Positions 15,033 to 15,033 of a stretch of 15,033 bases of DNA are shown piece by piece. A program made the translations under genes and the position numbers. Each line of letters opens with the position of its first letter. The stretch's first letter is position 1. The stretch spans positions 1 through 15,033 of the forward strand of contig JAYENL010000024.1 in NCBI GenBank assembly GCA_034722055.1, written 5' to 3'. The notes under the pieces were generated by a model that was not told the DNA's origin, ran no database searches, and saw only the letters and a program-made list of their open reading frames with translations. Origin of the DNA: Armatimonadota bacterium. GTDB taxonomy: Bacteria > Armatimonadota > Zipacnadia > Zipacnadales > UBA5352.

Positions 15033-15033
15033 C

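Overview
GC-rich bacterial window, mostly coding. From left to right: (i) a minus-strand cluster DUF366 - queE - 2-hydroxyacyl-CoA dehydratase-family gene - secreted EAAPAE-repeat protein (truncated, missing from the ORF track). It shares an overlapping bidirectional sigma70-type promoter with a long PIMT-like O-methyltransferase. (ii) A promoter and TPP riboswitch ahead of a His-type (non-suicide) Thi4 thiazole synthase, followed by a DSD1/D-threonine-aldolase-like PLP enzyme that lacks the usual metal ligands. (iii) An AbiEi/AbiEii-like type IV toxin-antitoxin pair with a 48-bp palindromic operator over its promoter. (iv) A Tat-exported metallophosphoesterase and an FGE-sulfatase-domain protein. 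(v) A more AT-rich islet with a stand-alone 2TM-GAF protein and a convergent 60-aa ORF. (vi) Two amidohydrolase_2 genes separated by a GT-C-like membrane protein and a ~420-bp non-coding, multi-branched palindromic element rich in cGNAg tri-loop hairpins. The best candidates for undescribed biology are that palindromic element, the DUF366/queE/dehydratase linkage and the 2TM-GAF islet. All family calls come from motif recognition by eye; no searches were run.
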